Below are positions 1 through 8,569 of a DNA stretch of 63,823 nt, in pieces. The translations under genes were made by a program, and so were the position numbers. The stretch comes from a virus (lineage: Duplodnaviria > Caudoviricetes): the IMG/VR virus record IMGVR_UViG_3300020034_000013, positions 1 through 63,823 of that record; one strand, given 5' to 3'. The first letter of the stretch is position 1. Each line of letters begins with the position of its first letter. Under the pieces are notes generated by a model. It saw nothing but the letters and a program-made list of their open reading frames with translations, made no database searches and was not told the DNA's origin.

Positions 1-3
1 AGG

Positions 4-441
4 TCACACTATGAGATCCGGAGTTTGACCTTGTAGAAGTCTCTCTGCTTTTACTCGTCCAAGTTCTTCATACGAGATGATGCGAATATTCCCGGGAATT
101 CTCCAGTGCTCCCGAAGTTTTTCTTTCTCGTAGCGAGTTTTCTCGACGAGGGCGGCCGGGAGAATGAGAATAGGGCGTACCGAATCTAGGACATAGGGTG
201 CGAGGAGAGATATCAGAGTCTTCCCGTACCCCACGGGAATAGGACCGAACAACCCCCCGGTTTCCGCTAGCTCTATGAGTGCCTGCGCCTGTATTGGTTT
301 GAGGGTCCACGTACCTCCAGGAGTCTTAAGGACGGCGGTGAGTTCTAGCGCGAGTGCGGCCCAATCTCTCTCGGTGCGACGAGGAAGAGCAGCTATACGA
401 CGGAACTCGGCAGTAGCAGAAAGCGACGATTTATTGAACAT
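4..441 (-). CDS. SF2 (SNF2/DEAD-like) helicase, N-terminal part
   Basis: Q-motif-like LKPIQAQA, Walker A-like PVGYGKT, ISYEEL, and ends at PDLIV just before the expected DExH. ATG at 441 overlaps the upstream stop (TAATG). A TGA lies at 4-6, at the contig edge. Confidence 0.8.
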   Translation of the reverse strand: MFNKSSLSATAEFRRIAALPRRTERDWAALALELTAVLKTPGGTWTLKPIQAQALIELAETGGLFGPIPVGYGKTLISLLAPYVLDSVRPILILPAALVEKTRYEKEKLREHWRIPGNIRIISYEELGRVKAERLLQGQTPDLIV

Positions 442-770
442 TACGTCACCGGGGAGGCGTAGCAAGGGATCCATAGACCAACGACATCCCAAGAATACAC
501 CGTGCCATTTCCCCCACCGTCGGCCATCTTGCAGAGGCTTTCCAGATGATCTGAATACAGGGTGACACTCTTGACTACGAAAAAGAAGGACAGGCGGTAC
601 GAAGGAAGAAGGGTTATCGAGGGGACTTCCGAGATCTCCGAAGGCTCCCACCCCGCTGCTAGGTAGTCTAGGCTAATGGCCTGAAGGATGTCGATATCTG
701 CGCTCATGAAGGTTCGGTCACCTACGGCAAGAATATACACCGACGGCTGGCTATGAAGGATGGGGGTCAT
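441..770 (-). CDS. hypothetical protein
   Basis: 109 aa ORF with start/stop overlaps to both neighbours. Confidence 0.5.
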   Translation of the reverse strand: MTPILHSQPSVYILAVGDRTFMSADIDILQAISLDYLAAGWEPSEISEVPSITLLPSYRLSFFFVVKSVTLYSDHLESLCKMADGGGNGTVYSWDVVGLWIPCYASPVT

Positions 771-1141
771 TTATTACTTTCGGGGTGACGCAAAGAAAAG
801 TAGCCGTCCAAGGATTCGAGACCTCTTACGATCTTCTCCGCGCCCTTGACGCTAATGTATACATCGATACTGTTCCACTTGCGATAACAGAACACCATCC
901 CTTTGCCTCGGTCCCGAGAATCGAAACGGACCCGGGCTGTACCGAAAGCAAAAACCCTGCGATCGATGCCCCCCTGTCCGGACAGTACCGCTAGGATGCT
1001 CTGTACAAAAGGAAAAATGGCTTTTGCCCGTAGAAAAAAGTCCTCCTTCTCTCTTAGAACGGAATTCCCAAATGTAAGAATAACGCCGTCCTTGGCCTGC
1101 TGTACTTCTAAGGATGTGTTGTGACTGCCACGGATTTTCAT
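767..1141 (-). CDS. hypothetical protein
   Basis: 124 aa ORF with 4-nt overlaps to both neighbours. Confidence 0.6.
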   Translation of the reverse strand: MKIRGSHNTSLEVQQAKDGVILTFGNSVLREKEDFFLRAKAIFPFVQSILAVLSGQGGIDRRVFAFGTARVRFDSRDRGKGMVFCYRKWNSIDVYISVKGAEKIVRGLESLDGYFSLRHPESNK

Positions 1142-2721
1142 CGCGACACCCGGACAACCTCTAGGGCCGTCGAAACAAGGGCAGAGAGTACAGCCTGACC
1201 CTCCGGAGTAGAGGAACAGAGGTAGAGACTGTCGAGATTAGCTGCGTTCACGAGCTCTTGGGTCACCTTGCTGAGACGGCCGGTGCCCTTCCCGTACTCG
1301 ATCTCCCGGTAGTCTGAGACACTGGCGGCTTCGTTGATTTGTTGCTTGGCCTCCGCGATGAAATCATCGGCCTCTTCAATCTCTCGGCTCGGGCGGCAGT
1401 CGATGTAGAGGACATACCCCTCGGGGGCAGGCCACTCCGCTGCCGCCAGCACGCTGGGAATATCGTCTTCTGGCGCTTCCTGAGACACTGCCCCGCTTTC
1501 AACTGCACGAGCTTCTTCCACGGTGTCCTGAGGGGCGCTAAATTCCGGGGCCTTGTCTGCCACGATCTGCGCCTTAGTCCGGCGGGTTTTCTTGGCTTTC
1601 GGGGGCTCTGTCGAGATTTCAATGGGCGCAGGGATGTCCACTTCGGAGGCGGCCACTGCGAACACACTCTCCGGAGGGTTGATTGGGCCATATCCAACAG
1701 ACAGAAGAGTAGTTTCAGGGCCGTATCCTAGGTCGTCCGCAGTCACCCCCCCGCCTTCGCCCTCGGCCGCCTTCTCGTCCTTTAGTGCTTCGAGCTTTGC
1801 CGACGCTACAGGGAACTTTTCACTGGCCTCTGCCTTGGCGGCTGCGAGTTCTTCAGCGCGCACCTCTTCTCTAATGGCAGGCACCGGAGTAGGGCTAGCC
1901 GTGGTAGCGGGGGTTCCAGCTGCCTGTCGTGCTCTGAGCTTTTCGAGGATACTCATATCGGGGATTCCTATGTGTGGGGTATTGAGAGTGAAGAGACTCT
2001 TGCGGAGGTCCACGGGACCGAGGTTGCATCTGCCCTGGTACGGACAACCTCCGTAAGAGCGGCACATTGTAGGAGTGGGCTCCAAAGCCAGCGGGTTACT
2101 CACGGTACTATGTGTATGAGAGATCTCCTTGGCAAGAGTAACAAGTGAAGAAAACTCTAGGGCCGCGTGCTCCTTCGTGAAGGTAACGGTAACAGGCTGT
2201 GCAGTAGGATTACGGGTTCGAAGGTAGAGCCATGTCGCATCGATAGCATCTACATTGGACTCCTCTATAGAGATGTGCGCGTAGATTACCGCCTGCGGGT
2301 CCCTGAGGAGGGTAGTCTCAGTCTTAGCCCATCGGAAATCGCTGGTAGTCTTGTAGTCGTACACCGCGACGCCAGGAAGGAGTAGATCCCTGTAGCCATT
2401 GAAGATGAGGTTGTTACCCGGCACCCGGTATTCGAAGGGGACCTCGGTCTGCGCCGCAGCCAGAGGGGGGAGATGCGCAAGGGCCTCTGCGGCGATGTAT
2501 GCAGCCTTGCGCGGAGTCCCATCATGGTTATCGTAGGCCCATGCCCGCTTTGTCTGTACGTACTCCTCTAGTAGAGCATGCACCTCCGTGCCGAGTGCGG
2601 CAGCGGGATGAGGATCCGGATAGATCTTAGCTATATACTTCCACGCCCACTTTCGTTTGCAGTCGTTCCAAGCATTGATCTGTGAGGCGCTGATCTTGTA
2701 AGGTTTTTCGCTGTCGGACAT
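1138..2721 (-). CDS. Cas4/RecB-like PD-(D/E)XK exonuclease with long acidic C-terminal extension
   Basis: SASQ..C.RKW, GTEVH, GYRDL, DYKT, Q.xxY and C-x4-CPY-x3-C (four Cys, Fe-S type). Start moved to ATG 2721 because the longer ORF overlaps the primase gene and its promoter. Confidence 0.85.
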   Translation of the reverse strand: MSDSEKPYKISASQINAWNDCKRKWAWKYIAKIYPDPHPAAALGTEVHALLEEYVQTKRAWAYDNHDGTPRKAAYIAAEALAHLPPLAAAQTEVPFEYRVPGNNLIFNGYRDLLLPGVAVYDYKTTSDFRWAKTETTLLRDPQAVIYAHISIEESNVDAIDATWLYLRTRNPTAQPVTVTFTKEHAALEFSSLVTLAKEISHTHSTVSNPLALEPTPTMCRSYGGCPYQGRCNLGPVDLRKSLFTLNTPHIGIPDMSILEKLRARQAAGTPATTASPTPVPAIREEVRAEELAAAKAEASEKFPVASAKLEALKDEKAAEGEGGGVTADDLGYGPETTLLSVGYGPINPPESVFAVAASEVDIPAPIEISTEPPKAKKTRRTKAQIVADKAPEFSAPQDTVEEARAVESGAVSQEAPEDDIPSVLAAAEWPAPEGYVLYIDCRPSREIEEADDFIAEAKQQINEAASVSDYREIEYGKGTGRLSKVTQELVNAANLDSLYLCSSTPEGQAVLSALVSTALEVVRVSR

Positions 2722-2745
2722 CCCTACGTGTACCATGCCGAGGCC

Positions 2746-2774
2746 TTGACTGCAAGGCGAACTAAGCTTACTAT
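2746..2774 (+). promoter_or_regulatory. sigma70-type promoter for primase
   Basis: TTGACT-N17-TACTAT. Confidence 0.5.
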
Positions 2775-2866
2775 AACCGTCTACGCTTGCCCAAAGGACC
2801 CATGAATAACGAGGATATCGCAGTACTTCACCTCCGAGATGTCGATACAATGAAGGAGGGACGTCG

Positions 2867-5059
2867 ATGATGTACCCCCTCTCAGTATCTCCTAGCATCG
2901 CTAAAAAAAGTGCCAAGATCACCGATTACATCGAGTGCACCTGGGAGGATTTCTGCGCCATAGAAGCAGCTCCTGATGGTAAGGCCAAAGAAGAGTACGA
3001 ACTCCTCTATCCCGCGCGTTTTGAGAATTCCTATCGCACCGATGATAACGCCCGAGATCTATGGGCCGCCCGTATAGATGTCGACCAGCGTCATGTCACC
3101 GAGGAGGAGCTCCGGAAGGCGCTCACTCCCTTTAAAGCGGTGGCCTGGACATCCTACAATTCTACTCCCGAGGCCCTGCGGTGGGCCGTCTGGGTCGTCT
3201 TAGATAGGACTCCGGCCTATAAGGCGGAGTACCAGGCCACCGTGCGACGCCTAGTGGAGATCATCCCCGGAGCATCCAAGGGTCAAGCCGATATGTCCCG
3301 GCCCCGTGTGGTGCCAGTCGACCGACCCGGTTTCCGTAAATTCGTGACGGATGGCTTTCCTCTGGCGGTTGCCTTGGTGACCAAGGAACCCGCGCATCAG
3401 AAAAGCGAGAACCCTCTATGGGAGAGGGCAGGGAAACCCGACATCCAGAAGGCCAGGGAGATCCGCCGCACACAGGGCTACCCTCCACAGGGGGAGCAGT
3501 ATGACCTCTCCCGCCTCCTCGCCCGGGCGTTGGTAGATGCGGGCTACGATGAGGGAGATGCCTGCTCTATGGTGTCTGCAGACGGAGATTACGACACTGC
3601 TTGGATCGGCCCCGTGCAACGCTCGGCTGTCGCAGGAGGGGAGTCGCTCAAAAGGTATTGGCCGGCCGCGGAGGAGTTCCTCAATGCTCTCGGGATCGAG
3701 AGATATGGCACGACCTCCGCTAAAACGCTCATCGCTGCCCTCCGCGCTCGTGAGGCGGTGGTGGAGACACCTGCAAAGCCCGGACATGAATATACGTACG
3801 ACCCTTCTTTCGTCGTGAATGGGGAGGTCGAGAGCGCCTCTCTTCATACGGTAACAACGACACTGATCTCCTCCGCCGAATGGCAGAACGTCCTCAAATG
3901 GAACGACTTCTCCAACCGACCGGAGGCTCACGGCCCTCCAATGAAGCTCGATGCAGAGCAAGATAAAGGGGTGTCGAAAAACGATATCACCCTTATCCGG
4001 CTATGGTTTGCATGGAGACACGGCATGAAGGTGCGAGAAGAGGATTGCCGTGCGGCGATCTACACGGCGACCAAACGTAACCACTATCATCCGGTGCAGA
4101 TCTGGCTGAACGCCCTCCCCGAAGCAGATCCCCGTATCCTGGATGGCCTGGCAGGTCGGTTATTCGGCGCTAGCGATCCTCTCGAAGAGGTCTTCCTACG
4201 GAAGTTCCTCGTGCAAGCCGTCGCGCGGATCATGCGGCCCGGTTGCCAGGCGGATAGTGCCCTCACGCTCTATGAGGAACGCGGCGGCATGAAAAAGAGC
4301 ACGTTCGTGCGTGTACTCTTCGGGGAGGCCTGGATGGCTCCGTTCGGGAAGATGAAGCTAGGGGAGATCGAGACCAGTAGGAAGCTCCTAGGGAAATGGG
4401 CGTTTGAGATCGCAGAGATGGCTGCGATGCGGGACAGCCAGGTGGAGGACATCAAAGCATTTTTCACTACAACGTCCGACCACTTGCGGGATATGTGGGA
4501 CCCCAACTACTGGGACCAGCCCCGACAGTGTGTGTTCGTGTGCACAACTAACGATAAGCAAATCCTCAAAGACGAAGCCCACGAGCGGAGATTTTGGATC
4601 ATCGACGTGAAGCAGGTGATCGATATCGAATACCTTGAGGCTAACCGAGATGCCATCTGGCGAGCCGCGCTCGATCTCTACAGAGCAGGGGAACAGTGGT
4701 GGCTTACCAACGAAGAAAAGGAACGGGCGAAGATCATACTAGAAGGGTTCCGAGAACAGCCGGACCCGTGGCATGAAGCTATCGAAGACTACTGCTCCGG
4801 CAAGGAGTATGTCCTGTCGTCCAAGATGTTCACCGATCTCTTCGCCGGCACCGGAGGGGGGATCGAGAAGTACGGAGTGAAAGAGCAGAGACGGATCTGC
4901 ATTTCCCTGAAAAGGATGGGCTGCGTCTCCTGTACGATGAGGACAGGGGATAAGGTGATCCGAGTGTGGCGGATGTCGGATAAACTGAGGTCTCAGGCTT
5001 CTCCCCAGCCCGAACCCAAACTCAGGCTGGTTTTACCGACATCTCATACATCTGCCTAG
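2867..5059 (+). CDS. primase-like N-terminal domain fused to VapE/VirE-family P-loop helicase
   Basis: N-terminal IDVD and V.WTS motifs. C-terminal YHPV, MRPGCQAD, GGMKKST, WAFEIAEM, PRQCVFVCTTN, ERRFW, EQWWLT are typical of VapE. Confidence 0.88.
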   Translation: MMYPLSVSPSIAKKSAKITDYIECTWEDFCAIEAAPDGKAKEEYELLYPARFENSYRTDDNARDLWAARIDVDQRHVTEEELRKALTPFKAVAWTSYNSTPEALRWAVWVVLDRTPAYKAEYQATVRRLVEIIPGASKGQADMSRPRVVPVDRPGFRKFVTDGFPLAVALVTKEPAHQKSENPLWERAGKPDIQKAREIRRTQGYPPQGEQYDLSRLLARALVDAGYDEGDACSMVSADGDYDTAWIGPVQRSAVAGGESLKRYWPAAEEFLNALGIERYGTTSAKTLIAALRAREAVVETPAKPGHEYTYDPSFVVNGEVESASLHTVTTTLISSAEWQNVLKWNDFSNRPEAHGPPMKLDAEQDKGVSKNDITLIRLWFAWRHGMKVREEDCRAAIYTATKRNHYHPVQIWLNALPEADPRILDGLAGRLFGASDPLEEVFLRKFLVQAVARIMRPGCQADSALTLYEERGGMKKSTFVRVLFGEAWMAPFGKMKLGEIETSRKLLGKWAFEIAEMAAMRDSQVEDIKAFFTTTSDHLRDMWDPNYWDQPRQCVFVCTTNDKQILKDEAHERRFWIIDVKQVIDIEYLEANRDAIWRAALDLYRAGEQWWLTNEEKERAKIILEGFREQPDPWHEAIEDYCSGKEYVLSSKMFTDLFAGTGGGIEKYGVKEQRRICISLKRMGCVSCTMRTGDKVIRVWRMSDKLRSQASPQPEPKLRLVLPTSHTSA

Positions 5060-5083
5060 ACGTCCGAAGAGATAGACTTCATG

Positions 5084-5115
5084 AAGGCCCGGCTAATCCC
5101 CGGGCCTTTTTCTTT
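5084..5115 (+). terminator. rho-independent terminator
   Basis: AAGGCCCGG-CTAATCC-CCGGGCCTT followed by a T-run. Confidence 0.8.
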
Positions 5116-5159
5116 GGTTGCCCTCCATAACGGGAGGTGACGGGTGGTCGTCGGAGTGG

Positions 5160-5530
5160 TGTTACAAATCTGAGCTTATTTTCTCGGGGTTGTATCTCTG
5201 TAACATGTGTAATATATATTTTTTATAAAGTATATATATTATAGTAGTAGTGGGGAGGAGGGTGAGGGCGGGGAGCGCGGTGGTGGAGCGTGGGGGGGGG
5301 GCAACGGACCCTTCTTATGTTTATTACGTGTTACAGCGTTTCAGTGAGCTACACCCTAAAAACAAGCCGTAGCGTAAACCACCTACATGACCTGGACGCG
5401 TTACGGGGGGCGTGACAAACTGCCTACCGTACCTTCCTAGCGTATAAGTTTGATGCACCTGTATAAGTTAAAACTCTTCGGCCGACCTAAAATTAGCTTT
5501 TGGAAAACTTAAAAATTCTAAAATTACGGA
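5160..5530. other. putative replication origin
   Basis: Non-coding, directly after the primase/helicase. AT-only inverted repeat at 5211-5240, GTTAC/GTAAC-like repeats, GTATAAGTT x2, CTAAAATTA x2, G-rich tract. Confidence 0.6.
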
Positions 5531-5631
5531 ATCCGTTCTGGGTGGATTCTGTACCTCGTTATGGCAACTCGACGACCCTGTCTTGACACTTACTCTTGGA
5601 ATGGCCATCCTCAGAGTAGAGTGAGGACATC

Positions 5632-5745
5632 ATGACCGAGTGGCAGATTATCTTCGTGTACATCATCCTGGTACTATGTGTGTTCTTTGCCGGGTTCTGC
5701 GTAGGATGTGCGTGGTGCTGCTCGGGTAGGGGCGGTAGAAGGTGA
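5632..5745 (+). CDS. small Cys-rich membrane protein (37 aa)
   Basis: TTGACA-N17-CATCCT at 5583-5611, GAGG RBS, MTEWQIIFVYIILVLCVFFAGFCVGCAWCC. Confidence 0.45.
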   Translation: MTEWQIIFVYIILVLCVFFAGFCVGCAWCCSGRGGRR

Positions 5746-5801
5746 CGCAAGACTTGCATAAATATCTGGACACGGCCCTCGATATATCGTAGCGTAGTGT
5801 C

Positions 5802-6362
5802 ATGGCTCTTGTGCATCTTAGCGAAGTCCTCGACATCCTTTCTACCCGGACGCAGGCACCATCTATCCTGGGGGCGCAGCTCGAAGGGCTCGAGGTGGGG
5901 GACGGCAGAGTAGATCGTTACGAGAGCGACCCTCCTCATGTAATAGAGGAGGTGCTGCATGTGGCCGGAGTCCTTCGGTGCATCCAAGCTCTACGAGAAA
6001 ACGGACCCCCACGGGACGACAAGTGGAATACTCTATACCCTGCGCTCGCACGTACCAAGGACCGCTTTCGCTCGGTCGGTCGGTATGTAGGGATGGGGTA
6101 TCTCATCTCCGCTGTCCTGACCGTATATTCGGAATTCGGCGTGCGGGAGCCTACGCGAGGTCTCCTTTCTCTGCATCGTTGGTTATCCTCTCAGGCCCCG
6201 GTCGCCTACCCGCCGCTCAAGGGTGATTATGAGGCGCAAGTCGCTGGGTTCTCCGAGAGTACCGCCGCCAAGCGAGAAGTCTCTGAGCTCTACGCAGACG
6301 CACTCCTCGCCGCAAATAAACATGTACAGAGCTGGAACGCCCCTAATGCCCTCCGAAAGTAG
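5802..6362 (+). CDS. hypothetical protein, possible late transcription regulator (by position)
   Basis: 186 aa ORF preceded by TGGACA-N17-TAGCGT-N6-ATG (leaderless). Confidence 0.55.
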   Translation: MALVHLSEVLDILSTRTQAPSILGAQLEGLEVGDGRVDRYESDPPHVIEEVLHVAGVLRCIQALRENGPPRDDKWNTLYPALARTKDRFRSVGRYVGMGYLISAVLTVYSEFGVREPTRGLLSLHRWLSSQAPVAYPPLKGDYEAQVAGFSESTAAKREVSELYADALLAANKHVQSWNAPNALRK

Positions 6363-6657
6363 ACCGCCCTCCCCTAAATGGGTTACCCTCGCGGAGGCCG
6401 CGAAGTATACCGCTATCCCTCATCGTACGTGGCGGCACTGGTGCGCTACCGAAAAGGCCCCGGCCAAGAGGTACGGTAGGGCGTGGTACTTGGATATCGC
6501 AAGCTGTCTCAATGATGAAGAGGGCAATCTGAGAGACTATGCTCTCCAGATTCTTGACAATGTCTCTCAGATCGAGAGCTGTAAGGAGGTAGCAGGCACC
6601 TGGGTTATCGTCGTAGGCCCGCGTATCGGCAAGCGTATCGGCAAGAAAGTGCCCTGA
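6346..6657 (+). CDS. excisionase-like helix-turn-helix DNA-binding protein
   Basis: WVTLAEAAKYTAIPHRTWRHWC..KAPAKRYGRAWY matches the Xis/MerR-like HTH pattern. Confidence 0.7.
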   Translation: MPSESRPPSPKWVTLAEAAKYTAIPHRTWRHWCATEKAPAKRYGRAWYLDIASCLNDEEGNLRDYALQILDNVSQIESCKEVAGTWVIVVGPRIGKRIGKKVP

Positions 6658-6804
6658 GCTCCTGAGGGTATATGAGAGGGAAGCGTTTATCGCAGGGCGT
6701 GTCCCACCGGTTCACGGACCGGTCCCCTCAACCACTATTCGACGGGTCCTCGGGACCCGTGCAACAGACTCCGCTCTCTTCTACCTGAAAGGACCCGGTG
6801 AACA

Positions 6805-6960
6805 ATGGCGAAAAAGTACGACAAGACGGTTCTTGAACCCAAGCCTAAGGCTAGTGGTAAGATCGTAGATGAGAGAAATTCGACCATCCAGGCAGCGGCC
6901 GATAAGATGCGCAAAGAGCAAGCGAAGGCCACCCCCAAGGCCCCTAAAGGTAAGAAGTAA
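6805..6960 (+). CDS. small basic protein
   Basis: AAAGGA RBS, Lys-rich 51 aa ORF, TAATG coupling to the next gene. Confidence 0.55.
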   Translation: MAKKYDKTVLEPKPKASGKIVDERNSTIQAAADKMRKEQAKATPKAPKGKK

Positions 6961-7103
6961 TGCCCCTCAAGGCTGGCAAGTCCAATGCAGTGAAGAGCGA
7001 GAACATCAAAGAACTCGTGAAGTCGGGGCGTCCGCAGAAACAGGCGATCGCCATCGCCTACGAGAAGGCCCGCGAGAGCGGCAAATCCAAGGGCAAGAAA
7101 TAG
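6960..7103 (+). CDS. small basic phage protein (MPLK.GKS...[18 protein letters not shown] type)
   Basis: Recognisable widespread phage late-region peptide; not in the ORF track (47 aa). Confidence 0.75.
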   Translation: MPLKAGKSNAVKSENIKELVKSGRPQKQAIAIAYEKARESGKSKGKK

Positions 7104-7105
7104 CC

Positions 7106-7378
7106 ATGGACCCCCAGTCAAAACCTTGCACCTGTTGTGCGATGGCTCGAGAAGGTATCCCTTCGGACATCTCTTTTTTGACGGGGGCGGCTCTGGGCAT
7201 CCTGCATCTCGGCCATAGCGCTCCTCTCCCCTTGTGCGAAAAGCACGCGGCTCTCACGCTCGAGCAACTTCGGTGGCTCGCGGGGCAGCTGGACATTACT
7301 CTCGCACCCCCCGCCGACCCCAAAGACTCGGGGCCTCAAGTCAACGTCCTTACTCCTAAGGGTACGGTGCTCTCATGA
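7106..7378 (+). CDS. CxCC...CxKH protein, paralog of 45026-45265
   Basis: Manual alignment with the early-arm copy. Confidence 0.65.
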   Translation: MDPQSKPCTCCAMAREGIPSDISFLTGAALGILHLGHSAPLPLCEKHAALTLEQLRWLAGQLDITLAPPADPKDSGPQVNVLTPKGTVLS

Positions 7379-7665
7379 TCGCCTACGTCAAAGTAGAGCA
7401 ACAGGGTCGCCATTGGACCGCTTCGTTTCCGGAGTATCCTGGGAAGTTTGCAAACGGCTTTACCCGAGTGTCGGCCATCCGCTATGCCAAGGATGCCCTC
7501 GAAGCTTGGATGAGTGAGCAGCTCGATAAAGGCGTGGTCCCTGTGGCTGCTCCGGTGTCGTCCGACGACCTTGAAGAGGTCAAGCTGTCTCAGGATATCG
7601 GAGTACGCGTTCACTCTCTTACGGTCCGTGCTAGCGCACCCCGCGCTAAGTTCCCCGGTACGTGA
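7375..7665 (+). CDS. HicB-like antitoxin domain protein
   Basis: WTASFPEYPGKFANGFT..AI..AKDALEAW.....G...P is the HicB N-terminal pattern. Confidence 0.75.
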   Translation: MIAYVKVEQQGRHWTASFPEYPGKFANGFTRVSAIRYAKDALEAWMSEQLDKGVVPVAAPVSSDDLEEVKLSQDIGVRVHSLTVRASAPRAKFPGT

Positions 7666-7811
7666 TGAGCGAACCGGAGAAGACCCTCGAAGAGCAGGTA
7701 AAAGAGTTCCTTGCCGCAGTCGATAAGTACTGGCCGGAGGATGCCTCGACGAATATCTTCGCCGGCGATCCAGATTCTGATGACGAGAACGACGGCCGGG
7801 GCCGAGACTGA
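7665..7811 (+). CDS. small acidic protein (48 aa)
   Basis: TGATG coupling; MSEPEKTLEEQVKEFLAAVDKYWPED. Confidence 0.45.
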   Translation: MSEPEKTLEEQVKEFLAAVDKYWPEDASTNIFAGDPDSDDENDGRGRD

Positions 7812-7887
7812 TCTTCTTTTGTTACCTTCACACTGCCGATCGGCGAAATGCGTAGCACGAAGGATACAATCCAGCCTCTCGGGATGA

Positions 7888-8259
7888 TCAGCGACCCACA
7901 TATACCTGCGCGCTGTAATCTTCGCGGACCGCGGCGCGCGCGGACTGGCAAAAGCTGAACCATTCAGACGCCTCGCAGATGACGTCGTAGCTCTCCGGCA
8001 GGAACCGAGCCGCATACTGGTCGCGATCATCGTCGTCGCTGTAATCTCCACTGAGCTCAACGAGTACATCTCCAGGCCGAATGTTGAGGCTGTACATGAG
8101 GACGTATCGCTCAAGATCTTCGAGCCTCGAGCAGCAACTGATTCCGACCGGCTGCGTATCAGCCGACTCGTCCGACGCAACCCATCCGTCTTTGCGGCTA
8201 TGGTCAAGCAGAGTTTCGAGGCTCTCGTCGCGTGAGTGGATTCGGTACGCGCTGCTCAT
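7888..8259 (-). CDS. moron-encoded acidic protein, possible ADP-ribosyltransferase-like fold
   Basis: Own promoter TTGACA-N16-TACTAT-N7-ATG; YR..GISCC..L..Y..LVELSG pattern. The fold call is inference. Confidence 0.6.
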   Translation of the reverse strand: MSSAYRIHSRDESLETLLDHSRKDGWVASDESADTQPVGISCCSRLEDLERYVLMYSLNIRPGDVLVELSGDYSDDDDRDQYAARFLPESYDVICEASEWFSFCQSARAAVREDYSAQVYVGR

Positions 8260-8266
8260 GTCACTC

Positions 8267-8294
8267 ATAGTAGGCCGGATACCCGGCCTGTCAA
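8267..8294 (-). promoter_or_regulatory. promoter with palindromic spacer (possible operator)
   Basis: TTGACA GGCCGG-GTAT-CCGGCC TACTAT. Confidence 0.7.
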
Positions 8295-8326
8295 CTGCCA
8301 AACGCATTGCCGTAGAAAAGTAGTAC

Positions 8327-8512
8327 ATGCGCTCGATGATCACGCGTGAGACCCGGCTCAGCGAGCTTCGACAGATAGTACGCGATCAGCGTTCTACCGA
8401 CGAACGCGACGGTGTGCGTGTGGTCAAAAGTATCCAGCAAAGCCTTGCCGCCGAGGGAATCGTCTGCTCCGAAGAACTCGTACGAAAGGCCGGCGAGAAA
8501 GTCCGTAGGTAA
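8327..8512 (+). CDS. small hypothetical protein divergent from the moron gene
   Basis: 61 aa ORF. Confidence 0.4.
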   Translation: MRSMITRETRLSELRQIVRDQRSTDERDGVRVVKSIQQSLAAEGIVCSEELVRKAGEKVRR

Positions 8513-8569
8513 GTGGCCAGGCAGGGCCTCAGTCACACCTTTAACTAATCAGCTACCCGCGCGCATAAA

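Noticed and set aside
1138-2721. CRISPR-associated cas4
   Set aside because: No cas1, cas2 or array; solo Cas4-like nucleases are common in phage replication modules.
6346-6657. Lysogeny module
   Set aside because: Only an Xis-like HTH is present; no integrase, CI-like repressor or att site was recognised.
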